Part shown: in pieces, positions 35,932-44,864 of the stretch | Layout: the number at the start of each line of letters is the position of its first letter | How positions within the stretch are numbered: the stretch's first letter is position 1 | NCBI GenBank assembly: GCA_965221695.1 | Contig: OZ244905.1 | Span: 1 to 64,000 of the forward strand | From: Gammaproteobacteria bacterium | Lineage (GTDB): Bacteria; Pseudomonadota; Gammaproteobacteria; Eutrophobiales; Eutrophobiaceae | Direction: 5' to 3' | DNA: 64,000 nt | Made by a program: the position numbers and the translations under genes | Notes under the pieces: generated by a model | What the model saw: only the letters and a program-made list of their open reading frames with translations | The model's database searches: none | What the model was told of the DNA's origin: nothing

Positions 35932-37415
35932 TGGATATGGAAACGGTCACCCTGTCGGCGCAGGCACGCGCGATAGCCGAACGAGTGCGGAACTTGCGCG
36001 ATTATCTCGACTTGCTGGCCGAACACGGACAGTGTATCACCTGGCCGGAGACAGTCATGCCCGAGCCCGATATCCGCAAGGTCGTGGTTGCAGCGGGACG
36101 CGATGCATTGGCGGGGCCGGCCATACTGTTTGATCGGATACACGGTTATCCGGGTAAACGACTCGTTGTCGGCGTACACGGCAGTTTCTCCAATATTGCC
36201 CTGTTGCTGGGCAAACCAAAAGGCGCCGTTGTTAAAGAATTGTTCTACGAACTAGCTGGACGCTGGGGTTCAGCGCGGCCGCTGATCAACAGGGTGGAAC
36301 CCGAACATGCGCCGGCGCTTGAGAACCGGGTCGAAACAGGCATCAACTTGTATGACTTGTTGCCGCTATATCGCATCAATGCCATGGATGGCGGATTTTA
36401 CATTGCCAAGGCCAATGTGGTCAGCCGTGATCCTCGCGACCCGGACAATTTTGCCAAACAGAATGTGGGAATTTACCGGATACAAGTACACGGTCCGGAC
36501 AAAATAACCGTTTTATCCGTTGCGTCTCATGATTTGGCGCAACAGATCCGCATGGCTGAAACGGATGACGCGCCGCTGGATATTGCCGTGATGATTGGCA
36601 ACCATCCAGCCATGGCCATGTTTGCCGCGACTCCTGTCAACTACAACGAATCGGAGTATGCCTATGCCTCACAAATGATGGGAAGCGCTATTGAACTGAC
36701 CCGGTCCGGCAACGGGTTGGACATCCTGGCTGGCTCGGAGATGGTCATAGAGGCGCGCTTGATGAACAACCAGCGTAACCTGGAAGGGCCGTTTGGTGAA
36801 TTCCCGGGCAGCTACAGCGGCATCTGGCAAGTACCGCTGTTCCAGGTTACCGCAGTTTCATTTCGAACTAATCCCATCTTTGAGAACATCTATATCGGTA
36901 AAGGTTGGACTGAACACGACACCCTGATTGGCCTGAACACCAGCGCCCCCATTTATGCCCAGTTAAAGCAAAGTTTCCCGGAAGTCGTGGCAGTGAATGC
37001 CTTGTACCAGCATGGTCTCACCGGGATTATCTCAGTGAAGAACCGCTTTGCCGGGTTTGCAAAGTCGGTGGCTATGCGCGCCCTGGGCACGCCACACGGT
37101 TTGATGTACCTGAAAAATCTCATCCTGGTGGATGATGATGTTGACCCGTTCGACCTCAACCAGGTGATGTGGGCGCTGTCCACGCGCACCCGCGCCAACG
37201 ACATCATCGTGATTCCGAACATGCCCATGGTAATCATCGACCCGGCCGCGGAAATTCCGGGCAAGGGTCATCGTCTCATCATCGATGCTACCAGTTTTAT
37301 GCCGCCGGACCCGGCCGGCGCCGATGTGAAGATCGTGGCGCCGCCGAGGGGGCCTGAAATTGATGAATTGGCAAGCTTCATTCAACAACTGCAAAAAGAG
37401 GCGGAAAACCGATGA
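35931..37415 (+). CDS. UbiD-family non-oxidative hydroxyarylic acid decarboxylase subunit C (VdcC/BsdC-like)
   Basis: GVHGSFSN, LPLYRIN..DGGFY, QNVGIYR, EGPFGEFPGSYSG, GWTEHD, TPHGLMY, DPFDLNQVMWALSTR. Confidence 0.9.
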   Translation: MDMETVTLSAQARAIAERVRNLRDYLDLLAEHGQCITWPETVMPEPDIRKVVVAAGRDALAGPAILFDRIHGYPGKRLVVGVHGSFSNIALLLGKPKGAVVKELFYELAGRWGSARPLINRVEPEHAPALENRVETGINLYDLLPLYRINAMDGGFYIAKANVVSRDPRDPDNFAKQNVGIYRIQVHGPDKITVLSVASHDLAQQIRMAETDDAPLDIAVMIGNHPAMAMFAATPVNYNESEYAYASQMMGSAIELTRSGNGLDILAGSEMVIEARLMNNQRNLEGPFGEFPGSYSGIWQVPLFQVTAVSFRTNPIFENIYIGKGWTEHDTLIGLNTSAPIYAQLKQSFPEVVAVNALYQHGLTGIISVKNRFAGFAKSVAMRALGTPHGLMYLKNLILVDDDVDPFDLNQVMWALSTRTRANDIIVIPNMPMVIIDPAAEIPGKGHRLIIDATSFMPPDPAGADVKIVAPPRGPEIDELASFIQQLQKEAENR

Positions 37416-37654
37416 ATTGCCCGCGCTGCAATGCGGATGAGGCGAGCCGCCGCACCGAGTTCCAGGGCAGGGAAGGGGAGGAGATAGTCTGGACCATCTA
37501 TTATTGCCGGCGCTGCTGTTTTACCTGGCGCGACACAGAACCGACCGAATCCATAGATTATGCGCAACGTGACGTCTGGTTCCGTGCCGACCCGGACCAC
37601 CCGGAAAAGTATCGGCACAACATACCGCCGGCAAAACCAGACGAATGTCGTTGA
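37412..37654 (+). CDS. Decarboxylase subunit D (VdcD/BsdD-like zinc-ribbon)
   Basis: CPRC...WTIYYCRRCCFTWRDTEP, overlapping the UbiD gene by ATGA. Confidence 0.85.
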   Translation: MNCPRCNADEASRRTEFQGREGEEIVWTIYYCRRCCFTWRDTEPTESIDYAQRDVWFRADPDHPEKYRHNIPPAKPDECR

Positions 37655-37701
37655 AACACCGTATGTTACGAGGTAAAAAAAGCATAACTATATAACATCG
37701 C

Positions 37702-39147
37702 ATGTCATACCAACTGATCAAAAAATTAAGAAAAGAACTGGGTAGAGACGCGGTCTTGTCAGGCCCTGATGCGCTCACAGCGGGAGGATATTTGCAGGTG
37801 GTGGGTAAGACGCCGGTCGGCGTGGTGTTGCCGGCGGACATTGAACAGTTGCGGGCGATACTGGCCATAGCTTCTGAAAGTAATGTGTCGTTATGGGTTC
37901 TGCCCAATACCGCCGCAAATGGAGGTATAGTCAGTTCCGCAACGGATAAGGATATCCTGGTCATCGATCAATCCCGAATGAACAGGATCGTGGAGGTCAA
38001 CGCCAAGGGCGCTTTCGCGCTGGTTGAACCGGGCGTGAGTTATATTCAACTGTATGACTATCTGCAGGAGAACAATACAGGCCTGTGGGTGGACTGCGAC
38101 AGGAACGGGCTGAATTCGGTTTCCGGCAGCATCAGCGCAAGAGAGTTTGGCTACACTGCCTACGGTGACCATACCATGATGCAGTGCGGCATGGAAATCA
38201 TGCTGGCTGACGGCGAGCTGGTGCGCCTGGGCATGGGGGCCATGCCGAAAAGCAACACCTGGCAACTTGCTAAATATGCCTATGGCCCTTATCTCGATGG
38301 CTTGTTTACCCAATCCGGTCTGGGTATCGTAACCAAAATGGGTGTATGGCTGATGCCGGAACCGCCGGCATACCAGCCTTTTGCAGTAACCCTGAAGGGC
38401 GATAGTGATCTTGCCCAGGCCATTGAGATATTGCGTTCGCTCAAGGTCAACGTCATTATTCCGAACACAGTTGTAATCAGCAATACCATCCTGGATGCTG
38501 CGCCTTATGCCGCGCGGGAGGATTTTGTTGACGGCATGAAAGTCGACACCAGGCGGCTGGCTGCCTGGCATGGCTTGGGTCAGTGGACCCTGTACGGCGC
38601 CTTGTATAATACGCCGCCCAACATCGATGTTCTATGGCCGATGGCGCGCAGCGCATTCTCCGGCATTCAGGGCGCAACGGTACTCGATCTGAAAACCCAA
38701 GCCGGCAATTCGGTTCTTTCCGGCAGGGAGGCGATGATGCGCGGTCGCCCCTCTGCAGCATTCAATTACCTCAATAACTGGTCTGGTGAAGCGTACCTTT
38801 ATGCTGGATTTGTCTCCACTATTGACGGGCGGCAGGCTTTAAAGATGAATAAACTGGCCGGCGATACGGTACGCAGCAGCGGCTTCGATTATCTGACGGA
38901 ATACGCTGTTGGCTGGCGTTCCATTATTCAGCGGGTATATCTGCCCTATCAACGCGCCACAGCATCCAAGGCGGCTGCGTGTCTTGACGCGCTCATCGAA
39001 GCGATGGCGAAACGGGGATTCGGAGTCAGTCAGATCAGCGCTGGCTACCTGGATAATGCTCTGACTCGTTACGATAACGTCGGCATGGCTGAACTACGCA
39101 GCAGGCTCAAGCAGGCTCTGGACCCCAGCCACCTGTTTGCCGGATAG
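37702..39147 (+). CDS. Second VAO/PCMH-family flavoprotein, divergent, no signal peptide
   Basis: VEPGVSYIQLY, GYTAYGDH, YGPYLDGLFTQSGLGIVTKMGVWLMPEPP, LKQALDP. Confidence 0.85.
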   Translation: MSYQLIKKLRKELGRDAVLSGPDALTAGGYLQVVGKTPVGVVLPADIEQLRAILAIASESNVSLWVLPNTAANGGIVSSATDKDILVIDQSRMNRIVEVNAKGAFALVEPGVSYIQLYDYLQENNTGLWVDCDRNGLNSVSGSISAREFGYTAYGDHTMMQCGMEIMLADGELVRLGMGAMPKSNTWQLAKYAYGPYLDGLFTQSGLGIVTKMGVWLMPEPPAYQPFAVTLKGDSDLAQAIEILRSLKVNVIIPNTVVISNTILDAAPYAAREDFVDGMKVDTRRLAAWHGLGQWTLYGALYNTPPNIDVLWPMARSAFSGIQGATVLDLKTQAGNSVLSGREAMMRGRPSAAFNYLNNWSGEAYLYAGFVSTIDGRQALKMNKLAGDTVRSSGFDYLTEYAVGWRSIIQRVYLPYQRATASKAAACLDALIEAMAKRGFGVSQISAGYLDNALTRYDNVGMAELRSRLKQALDPSHLFAG

Positions 39148-39280
39148 TTATCATTTCCGTTTTCACGAGGTTAGCCCGAATATCTCACCGATTCGCTTGT
39201 CAGCATCAGATAGATGTTTGCTGTCAATAAGTTATGGTAATCTGTCGAGTATGTTGCCATTACACACTGCGCTTGATGCG

Positions 39281-39590
39281 TTCATTGCGTCCATCCCTGG
39301 ACGCAACCCTGCGGGCGACCTTCGTCGTGCAAATCGGCTGTCCTGCCGATTTGTCTCGCTGGTCTTTTTTGCGTTAGCGGGCACATGTTCATTGCACACA
39401 TCCCTGTGTGCAACCCTGCGGGCGGCCTTCGCCGTGCAAATCGTCTATCCTGACGATTTGTCCCTCAACCAGAAGAACCACTATGCTTTCGGTCGCGAGC
39501 GCCCGCGTACTGACGCACAAATCCGCCTGGAGCGGATTTGGACATCCGAAGGATGCCCGAAGGGGGCGCCCCACGGATGGGGCGCATCAA
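39281..39590. repeat. Three copies of a ~75 bp multi-hairpin unit with GGA loops
   Basis: Units at 39281-39355 and 39388-39462 (minus sense) and 39516-39590 (plus sense) share ACAAAT-stem-GGA-stem-ATTTG...GAAGG...CCCGNAGGG...CANGGATG. Confidence 0.8.
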
Positions 39591-39669
39591 AAAATCCTCA
39601 GCGATCATCACATCAATCGGTGAGATATTCGGGTTAGTTGTACGGCAAAAGCGTCAAGGATGGCTTTTT

Positions 39670-39700
39670 TAGGAACCTCTGAGCAAGTCTCAGCGGTTCC
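39670..39700. repeat. Degenerate minimal derivative of the 151 bp MITE
   Basis: GGAACCTCTGAGCAAGTCTCAGCGGTTCC hairpin at the 3' end of ubiX. Confidence 0.5.
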
Positions 39701-39708
39701 AATATGTT

Positions 39709-40299
39709 TTATTCGGATTGCCCGGCAGTTTCCTTATTCACGCCGGCCCAGCGCTTGACGATACCGGGATCGATGTCAAACAGGTCCAGTACCCGTCCGA
39801 TACTGGCATTGACGATATCATCAATGGTCTGCGGCTTGTTGTAGAATGCCGGGATAGGCGGCGCAATGATTGCCCCGAGCAGCGATACGTCGTAGAACAG
39901 TTTGCAGTGCCCCGTGTGCAGCGGGGTCTCGCGGGGCATGATCACCAGACGCCTGCGCTCTTTGAGCGCCACATCAGCAGCCCGTACCAGCAGGTTATCG
40001 GCATAGGAATGGGTGATTGCAGAAAGGGTGCGCATAGAACAGGGGGCAACGATCATGCCGTCGGTTTTGAAAGAGCCGCTGGAAATGCTGGCTGCAATGT
40101 CCTTGATATTGTGTGTCACGTTCGCCAGGCCCTCCACGCTGCCAATGGTATGTTCCGTTTCAATGCCGATATTGAGTTTGGCTGCGCCGGTCATCACCAG
40201 GTGGGTTTCGATATCCGGCATAGCCGCCAGTACCTCAACCAGGCGGATGCCGTAAGGCAAACCGCTGGCGCCGGACATGCCGATGATTATGCGTTTCAT
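39709..40299 (-). CDS. ubiX: Flavin prenyltransferase UbiX (VdcB-like)
   Basis: IIGMSGASG, ASISSGSF, APCSMRTL, RAADVALKERRRL, PRETPLH, PAFYNKP. Confidence 0.93.
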   Translation of the reverse strand: MKRIIIGMSGASGLPYGIRLVEVLAAMPDIETHLVMTGAAKLNIGIETEHTIGSVEGLANVTHNIKDIAASISSGSFKTDGMIVAPCSMRTLSAITHSYADNLLVRAADVALKERRRLVIMPRETPLHTGHCKLFYDVSLLGAIIAPPIPAFYNKPQTIDDIVNASIGRVLDLFDIDPGIVKRWAGVNKETAGQSE

Positions 40300-40384
40300 G
40301 CGGGGCTCAGGTCAGATAGCAATATTTACACAGCAAATAATATTTATATACTATACTTATTCGCTGAAAAGATATATTTTTTAT

Positions 40385-40535
40385 GGAAACTCTGAACAAG
40401 TCCATCCTGGACTTGTCAGAGTACGGAAAACAAAAATGCGATTTTTGTTTTCCTCACAAAATCAATGCCATAGAGTCATTGATATTGACGATACATCCTT
40501 GTATCGTAGGAACCTCTGACTTAATCAGAGGTTCC
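40385..40535. mobile_element. 151 bp IS5-type MITE, copy 2 (opposite orientation to copy 1)
   Basis: GGAAACTCTGAACAAG...TCAGAGGTTCC, flanks TTAT and TTAG. Confidence 0.85.
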
Positions 40536-40611
40536 TTAGATAAAAGCTCTGTTTATATCAGACTTTCCGTAGGTAAAACATAACCGGCCTGTACAAAAGG
40601 GGAGACATTTA

Positions 40612-42747
40612 ATGGCTGCACAACTTAAAGAAACCTATTACGGCGGTTGCCCGCATGATTGTCCTGATACCTGTTCCATGGTATTCGAAGTTGAGGACGG
40701 CAAGCTCACCGGTGTGCACGGCAATCCCGAGCATCCGATGACCCGCGGAGGACTGTGCGTAAAACTTGATGATTATGAGAAACGTCACTACCATCCTGAC
40801 CGCGTGCTTTATCCGCTGCGCCGGACCGGACCCAAGGGCAGCAAACAATTTGAACGTATCTCCTGGGATGAGGCGCTGGATGAAGTCGTAAGTCGCTGGA
40901 AAGACATTATCGATAAATACGGCGCGCAGGCGATTGCCCCGTACAGTTACCTGGGACACCAGGGCTTGATTCATGGTCTGAACGGTGGCGACGCGTTTTT
41001 TAACAAGATGGGCGCCACGGTATGTGAACGTACCTTCTGTGGTGAAGGGTCGGCAACGGCCTGGGTGTTGACCAACGGTCCCACCAGCGGCGTAGACCCG
41101 GAAAGTTTCGCCTATTCCAAGTACATCATCATCTGGGGTTGCAACAGTGTCAGCACCAACCTGCACGCCTGGCATTATGTCAAGGACGCGAAGGATAACG
41201 GGGCCAAACTGGTGGTGATAGATCCCTACCGTTCGCGCACCGCCAGGCAGGCCGACTGGCATCTTGCCATCCGGCCCGGGACCGACGGCGCACTGGCGAT
41301 GGCGATGATCAATGTCATCATTGAAGAGAACCTGATCGACCAGGATTACGTGGACAACTATACCCTCGGCTTTGAGCAACTGGCTGCGCGGGCCAAGGAC
41401 CGCACACCGGAGTGGGCTGCCGGAGTTACCGGCCTCAGCGCTGAGGATATCCGCACCCTGGCACGTGAATATGCGGCCAATAACCCGGCCGCAATCCGCA
41501 TCGGCGTCGCCGTAGAGAGAAACTGGGGTGGTGGCCAGGCGATTCGCGCGATCAGTTGCCTGCCGTCCCTGACCGGCGCCTGGCGCGGGGTAGGGGGCGG
41601 AATTTACCAGATGACATTCTGGGAACATCCGTACAAGCTGGACGTGATTTCACAACCCCAGCTTATTCCGGAAGGCACGCGGGTCATGAACAACCTGCAG
41701 CTCGGCCGGGCGCTGACCGGCGAGTTGGACCTGGACCCGCCCATCATGTCCCTGATGTGCTGGAATTCCAACCCGGTTACCCAGGCGCCCGAAGGCGACA
41801 AGATTATCAAGGGCCTGGAGCGGGAAGACCTGTTCACGGTGTCGGCTGAACACTTTATCTCCGATACCGCGGCCTATGCGGATATCGTGCTGCCGGCCGC
41901 GATGGGCGCTGAGATGGAGGATATCATCCTGTCCTGGGGACACAACTACCTGACCTACAATACCCGCTGCGCCGAACCGCCGGGCGAGGTGTTGTCCAAT
42001 AACGAGATATTCAACCGCCTGGCGCAACGCATGGGCTATGAGGAAGACCGTTTCAAATGGTCCGACAGCGAGTGTCTGGAGCATTTCGTCGATTGGGATT
42101 CACCGGCCTGTGAAGGTCTCAGTGTGGACTACCTGCGCGAAAACGGCTTTGCGCGTATCAAGATTGGCGAGCCCCATGAGCGTGCGCCGCACAAGGAAGG
42201 CAACTTTCCCACGCCTTCTGGCAAGTGCGAGTTTTTCTCGGAAGCCGCAAGCAACGGCAACTTTGTTATTGCGCCGTTCCGGCAGATGTACGAGGAGATG
42301 CAACCCGGCAACAGCGAACCGCTGGACAGCCTGCCGGATTATGTCCCGTCGAAGGAGGCGCCGGAAACCAACCCGGAACTGGCGAAGAAATATCCGCTGA
42401 ATATCATCGCTCCCAAGAGCCATGGGTTCCTCAATTCCTGTTATGCCAACATGGACCACAAGATCAAGCGGCAGGGTGAGCAATTCGTGATGATCAGCGA
42501 GACGGACGCCGAAGCGCGCGGTATCGGCGAGGGCGACCCTGTGCGCGTCTTCAATGATCGTGGCGCGTTCGAGGTAATGGCCAAGGTCACCGACGACGTT
42601 AACCCAGGATTGGTGGTGTCATCCCTGGGCTATTGGCGGCAACTGAACAACGGCACCGCCAATGTGGTGTCGTCCGCGGACTTCGCCGACATGGGACATG
42701 CCCCCAGGGTATTCGACAGCCTGGTACAGGTAGAACGTATCGCCTGA
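40612..42747 (+). CDS. Molybdopterin (bis-MGD, DMSO reductase superfamily) oxidoreductase
   Basis: N-terminal CPHDCPDTC...GLCVK Fe-S motif, RISWDEAL, IRPGTDGAL, TAAYADIVLPA, C-terminal molybdopterin dinucleotide domain. No Tat signal. Confidence 0.9.
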   Translation: MAAQLKETYYGGCPHDCPDTCSMVFEVEDGKLTGVHGNPEHPMTRGGLCVKLDDYEKRHYHPDRVLYPLRRTGPKGSKQFERISWDEALDEVVSRWKDIIDKYGAQAIAPYSYLGHQGLIHGLNGGDAFFNKMGATVCERTFCGEGSATAWVLTNGPTSGVDPESFAYSKYIIIWGCNSVSTNLHAWHYVKDAKDNGAKLVVIDPYRSRTARQADWHLAIRPGTDGALAMAMINVIIEENLIDQDYVDNYTLGFEQLAARAKDRTPEWAAGVTGLSAEDIRTLAREYAANNPAAIRIGVAVERNWGGGQAIRAISCLPSLTGAWRGVGGGIYQMTFWEHPYKLDVISQPQLIPEGTRVMNNLQLGRALTGELDLDPPIMSLMCWNSNPVTQAPEGDKIIKGLEREDLFTVSAEHFISDTAAYADIVLPAAMGAEMEDIILSWGHNYLTYNTRCAEPPGEVLSNNEIFNRLAQRMGYEEDRFKWSDSECLEHFVDWDSPACEGLSVDYLRENGFARIKIGEPHERAPHKEGNFPTPSGKCEFFSEAASNGNFVIAPFRQMYEEMQPGNSEPLDSLPDYVPSKEAPETNPELAKKYPLNIIAPKSHGFLNSCYANMDHKIKRQGEQFVMISETDAEARGIGEGDPVRVFNDRGAFEVMAKVTDDVNPGLVVSSLGYWRQLNNGTANVVSSADFADMGHAPRVFDSLVQVERIA

Positions 42748-42786
42748 GCGGAAGAGTTGCCAACTACCTAAAATGCGGGCCTTGAA

Positions 42787-42819
42787 CCGGGTTCATTGCT
42801 ACATCAGCAATGAACCCGG
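42787..42819. terminator. 14 bp stem hairpin between convergent genes
   Basis: CCGGGTTCATTGCT-ACATC-AGCAATGAACCCGG, with no strong U-tract. Confidence 0.5.
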
Positions 42820-43021
42820 ATCGTTGTATCTGACGGTGCCGAGCTTAGATTGCACTTTTTATATACCAATAGTAACACGCATGGGGATATTACCACCACG
42901 ATTCTGATAGCAAAACAGGGGTTTTAAGGGAAAATAACAGGCGTATATCACAAATTAACCCAAATGGAACAAATAGTTAGGGAGGTTCGAACCCCTGGAA
43001 CCTCGCTTGGAGCCCTGGAAT

Positions 43022-44740
43022 CTAGAAGTTTGCATAGGGCGCGCTGTAATCCGGCAGTACCACATTGTTGTCACGCGCATAATATACCCACTCCTGCACC
43101 AGCTCTTTCAGCTTGTGCTGGTGAACACCGGATAGGTTTCGCAGTTCCCCGGGGTCTTCCTCAATATTGTAAAGGCGCCATTCAGCCACTGGAATATCCG
43201 TTTCCCTGGGTTCCCACGGTATCCCCGCCGGTTCCCAGATGATTTTCCAGTCGCCCTTTCGAATGGCTCGGCGACCGAACAGTTCCCAACCCATCACATA
43301 GTCCTGGTTGTGGGTTGTGTCCCGCTCTCCCTTTAACATAGCAAGCATGGATGCGCCTTGAACCGACAGAACCTCGCGTCCACTGAAGGTGGGAGCCGGA
43401 TGATCAACGCCGGCCAACTCCAGGATAGTAGGCAAAACGTCCTTGACCGTTACAAATTCATCAATCACTGCGTTTTTCTGGATTTGTTGCGGAAAATACG
43501 CGATGGCCGGCACGCGGATTCCGCCTTCAGTAGTGAACTGTTTATACATCCGGTAACCTGCGCTGCTCGCCCAGGTCCAGTTGGGGCCGTACCAGCTATA
43601 GGAATTGCCATTTCCCAAATTTTCTAGGCTGTTGTCACAGCATTGCTCTGCCCACTGCTCCAGCGCCTCCCAGCCGATATTCAGATGCGCGCCCTCGGCG
43701 CCGTTGTCGGACATAAAGAAGATGAACGTGTTTTCAATCTGTCCCGAGGACTTGAGATAGTCGATGACTTCTCCCGTGTATCTGTCCATGTCATCCACCA
43801 TCGCCGCGAATATTTCCATCTTTTTTGCTTCAATCCGTTTCTCGTCATCCTGTAAGTCCTGCCAGGCGGGTTCCGAGGCCAATCGGGGGGACGGAATCGC
43901 TTTCTTGTCAATCAATCCCAGTTTCTTCATGTTTTCAAACCGCTTGCTTTGCAGCGCGTCCCAACCCGCATCGTAACTGCCGGCATACTTGTTGACAGAC
44001 TCCTTCGGCGCTTGCAGCGGCCAGTGCGGCGCGGTAAACGCCAGGTATGCGAAAAAGGGCTGCCCATCCGCCTCGGCATTGTCGAGGTATTCAATCAGCT
44101 TGCGGGCATAAAAACGGCTTGAGTAGAAGTCCTTCGGAACATTCACGAGCTTATCGTCTTCCCTGTAGATGGAAGGGTACGCGCCGATCAGCGGCATGTC
44201 TCCAAGATGTCCTGCGCCACCCTGCGCCAGGGTAAATGAGCGCTCAAACCCGCGCGCGTAGGGGCTGGTCTCCCCGGTCAGTCCAAGGTGCCATTTGCCG
44301 GTCATATAGGTGTGGTAACCGGCATCACGCATAATTTCAGCTAGTGAAGCAACACGAAAATTGAGGTGTCCTTCATAACCCGGATAGCCGACCTGGTTTG
44401 CCCTCATCTCCTCGTACATATGACCCAAGCCGGCAAGGTGATTATCGGTGCCGGAGAGCAACATGGAACGCGTAGGCGAACAGGTGGACGCGGAATAGAA
44501 TTGCGTAAGTCGCACCCCGGCATACCCGAGAGCGTCCAGGTTAGGGGTGTTTATTTCACCCCCGAACACTCCCAGGTCGGAATACCCCAGGTCGTCCGCC
44601 ACGATCAACAGCACATTAGGTTGATCGCCCCGGCGCGCCGTTTGACTGGCTCCTGTCTCTTGATTACTGCTGCTATCCAGGCTGCAGGAACACAAGTATG
44701 GAAAAATAAGAATGCTCGTCAAAACAAGTGAATATCGCAT
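43022..44740 (-). CDS. Arylsulfatase (Cys-type, AtsA-like), probably a lipoprotein
   Basis: PNVLLIVADDLGYSD, formylglycine motif CSPTR, GKWHLG, APHWPLQAP, SDNG, and N-terminal LCSC. Confidence 0.92.
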   Translation of the reverse strand: MRYSLVLTSILIFPYLCSCSLDSSSNQETGASQTARRGDQPNVLLIVADDLGYSDLGVFGGEINTPNLDALGYAGVRLTQFYSASTCSPTRSMLLSGTDNHLAGLGHMYEEMRANQVGYPGYEGHLNFRVASLAEIMRDAGYHTYMTGKWHLGLTGETSPYARGFERSFTLAQGGAGHLGDMPLIGAYPSIYREDDKLVNVPKDFYSSRFYARKLIEYLDNAEADGQPFFAYLAFTAPHWPLQAPKESVNKYAGSYDAGWDALQSKRFENMKKLGLIDKKAIPSPRLASEPAWQDLQDDEKRIEAKKMEIFAAMVDDMDRYTGEVIDYLKSSGQIENTFIFFMSDNGAEGAHLNIGWEALEQWAEQCCDNSLENLGNGNSYSWYGPNWTWASSAGYRMYKQFTTEGGIRVPAIAYFPQQIQKNAVIDEFVTVKDVLPTILELAGVDHPAPTFSGREVLSVQGASMLAMLKGERDTTHNQDYVMGWELFGRRAIRKGDWKIIWEPAGIPWEPRETDIPVAEWRLYNIEEDPGELRNLSGVHQHKLKELVQEWVYYARDNNVVLPDYSAPYANF

Positions 44741-44864
44741 GGCAAGTGTTTTACACGTAAACTGTTTCCAGCTTATGATAGCTGAATTGTATCAGGAAGA
44801 GTCAGTCCGGTTCATCTGGCATGTAGCCAGTTATCGCTGAGGCATAATAAAGAAATCACGACAA

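Noticed and set aside
39281-39590. Possible CRISPR array
   Set aside because: The units are ~75 bp, diverged and in mixed orientation, and there are no cas genes.
40383-40583. Recurring peptide LNKSILDLSE...KCDFCF...IHPCI.GTSDLIRGS in ORFs at 8710, 40383 and 48249
   Set aside because: It is the translation of the 151 bp MITE, with different starts and ends in each copy. There is no evidence of a real protein.
40609-41628. 339 aa minus-strand ORF
   Set aside because: It is a shadow of the molybdopterin oxidoreductase in GC-rich coding DNA.
42978-42998. GGTTCGAACCC tRNA T-arm-like motif
   Set aside because: No cloverleaf, acceptor stem or CCA can be built on either strand.
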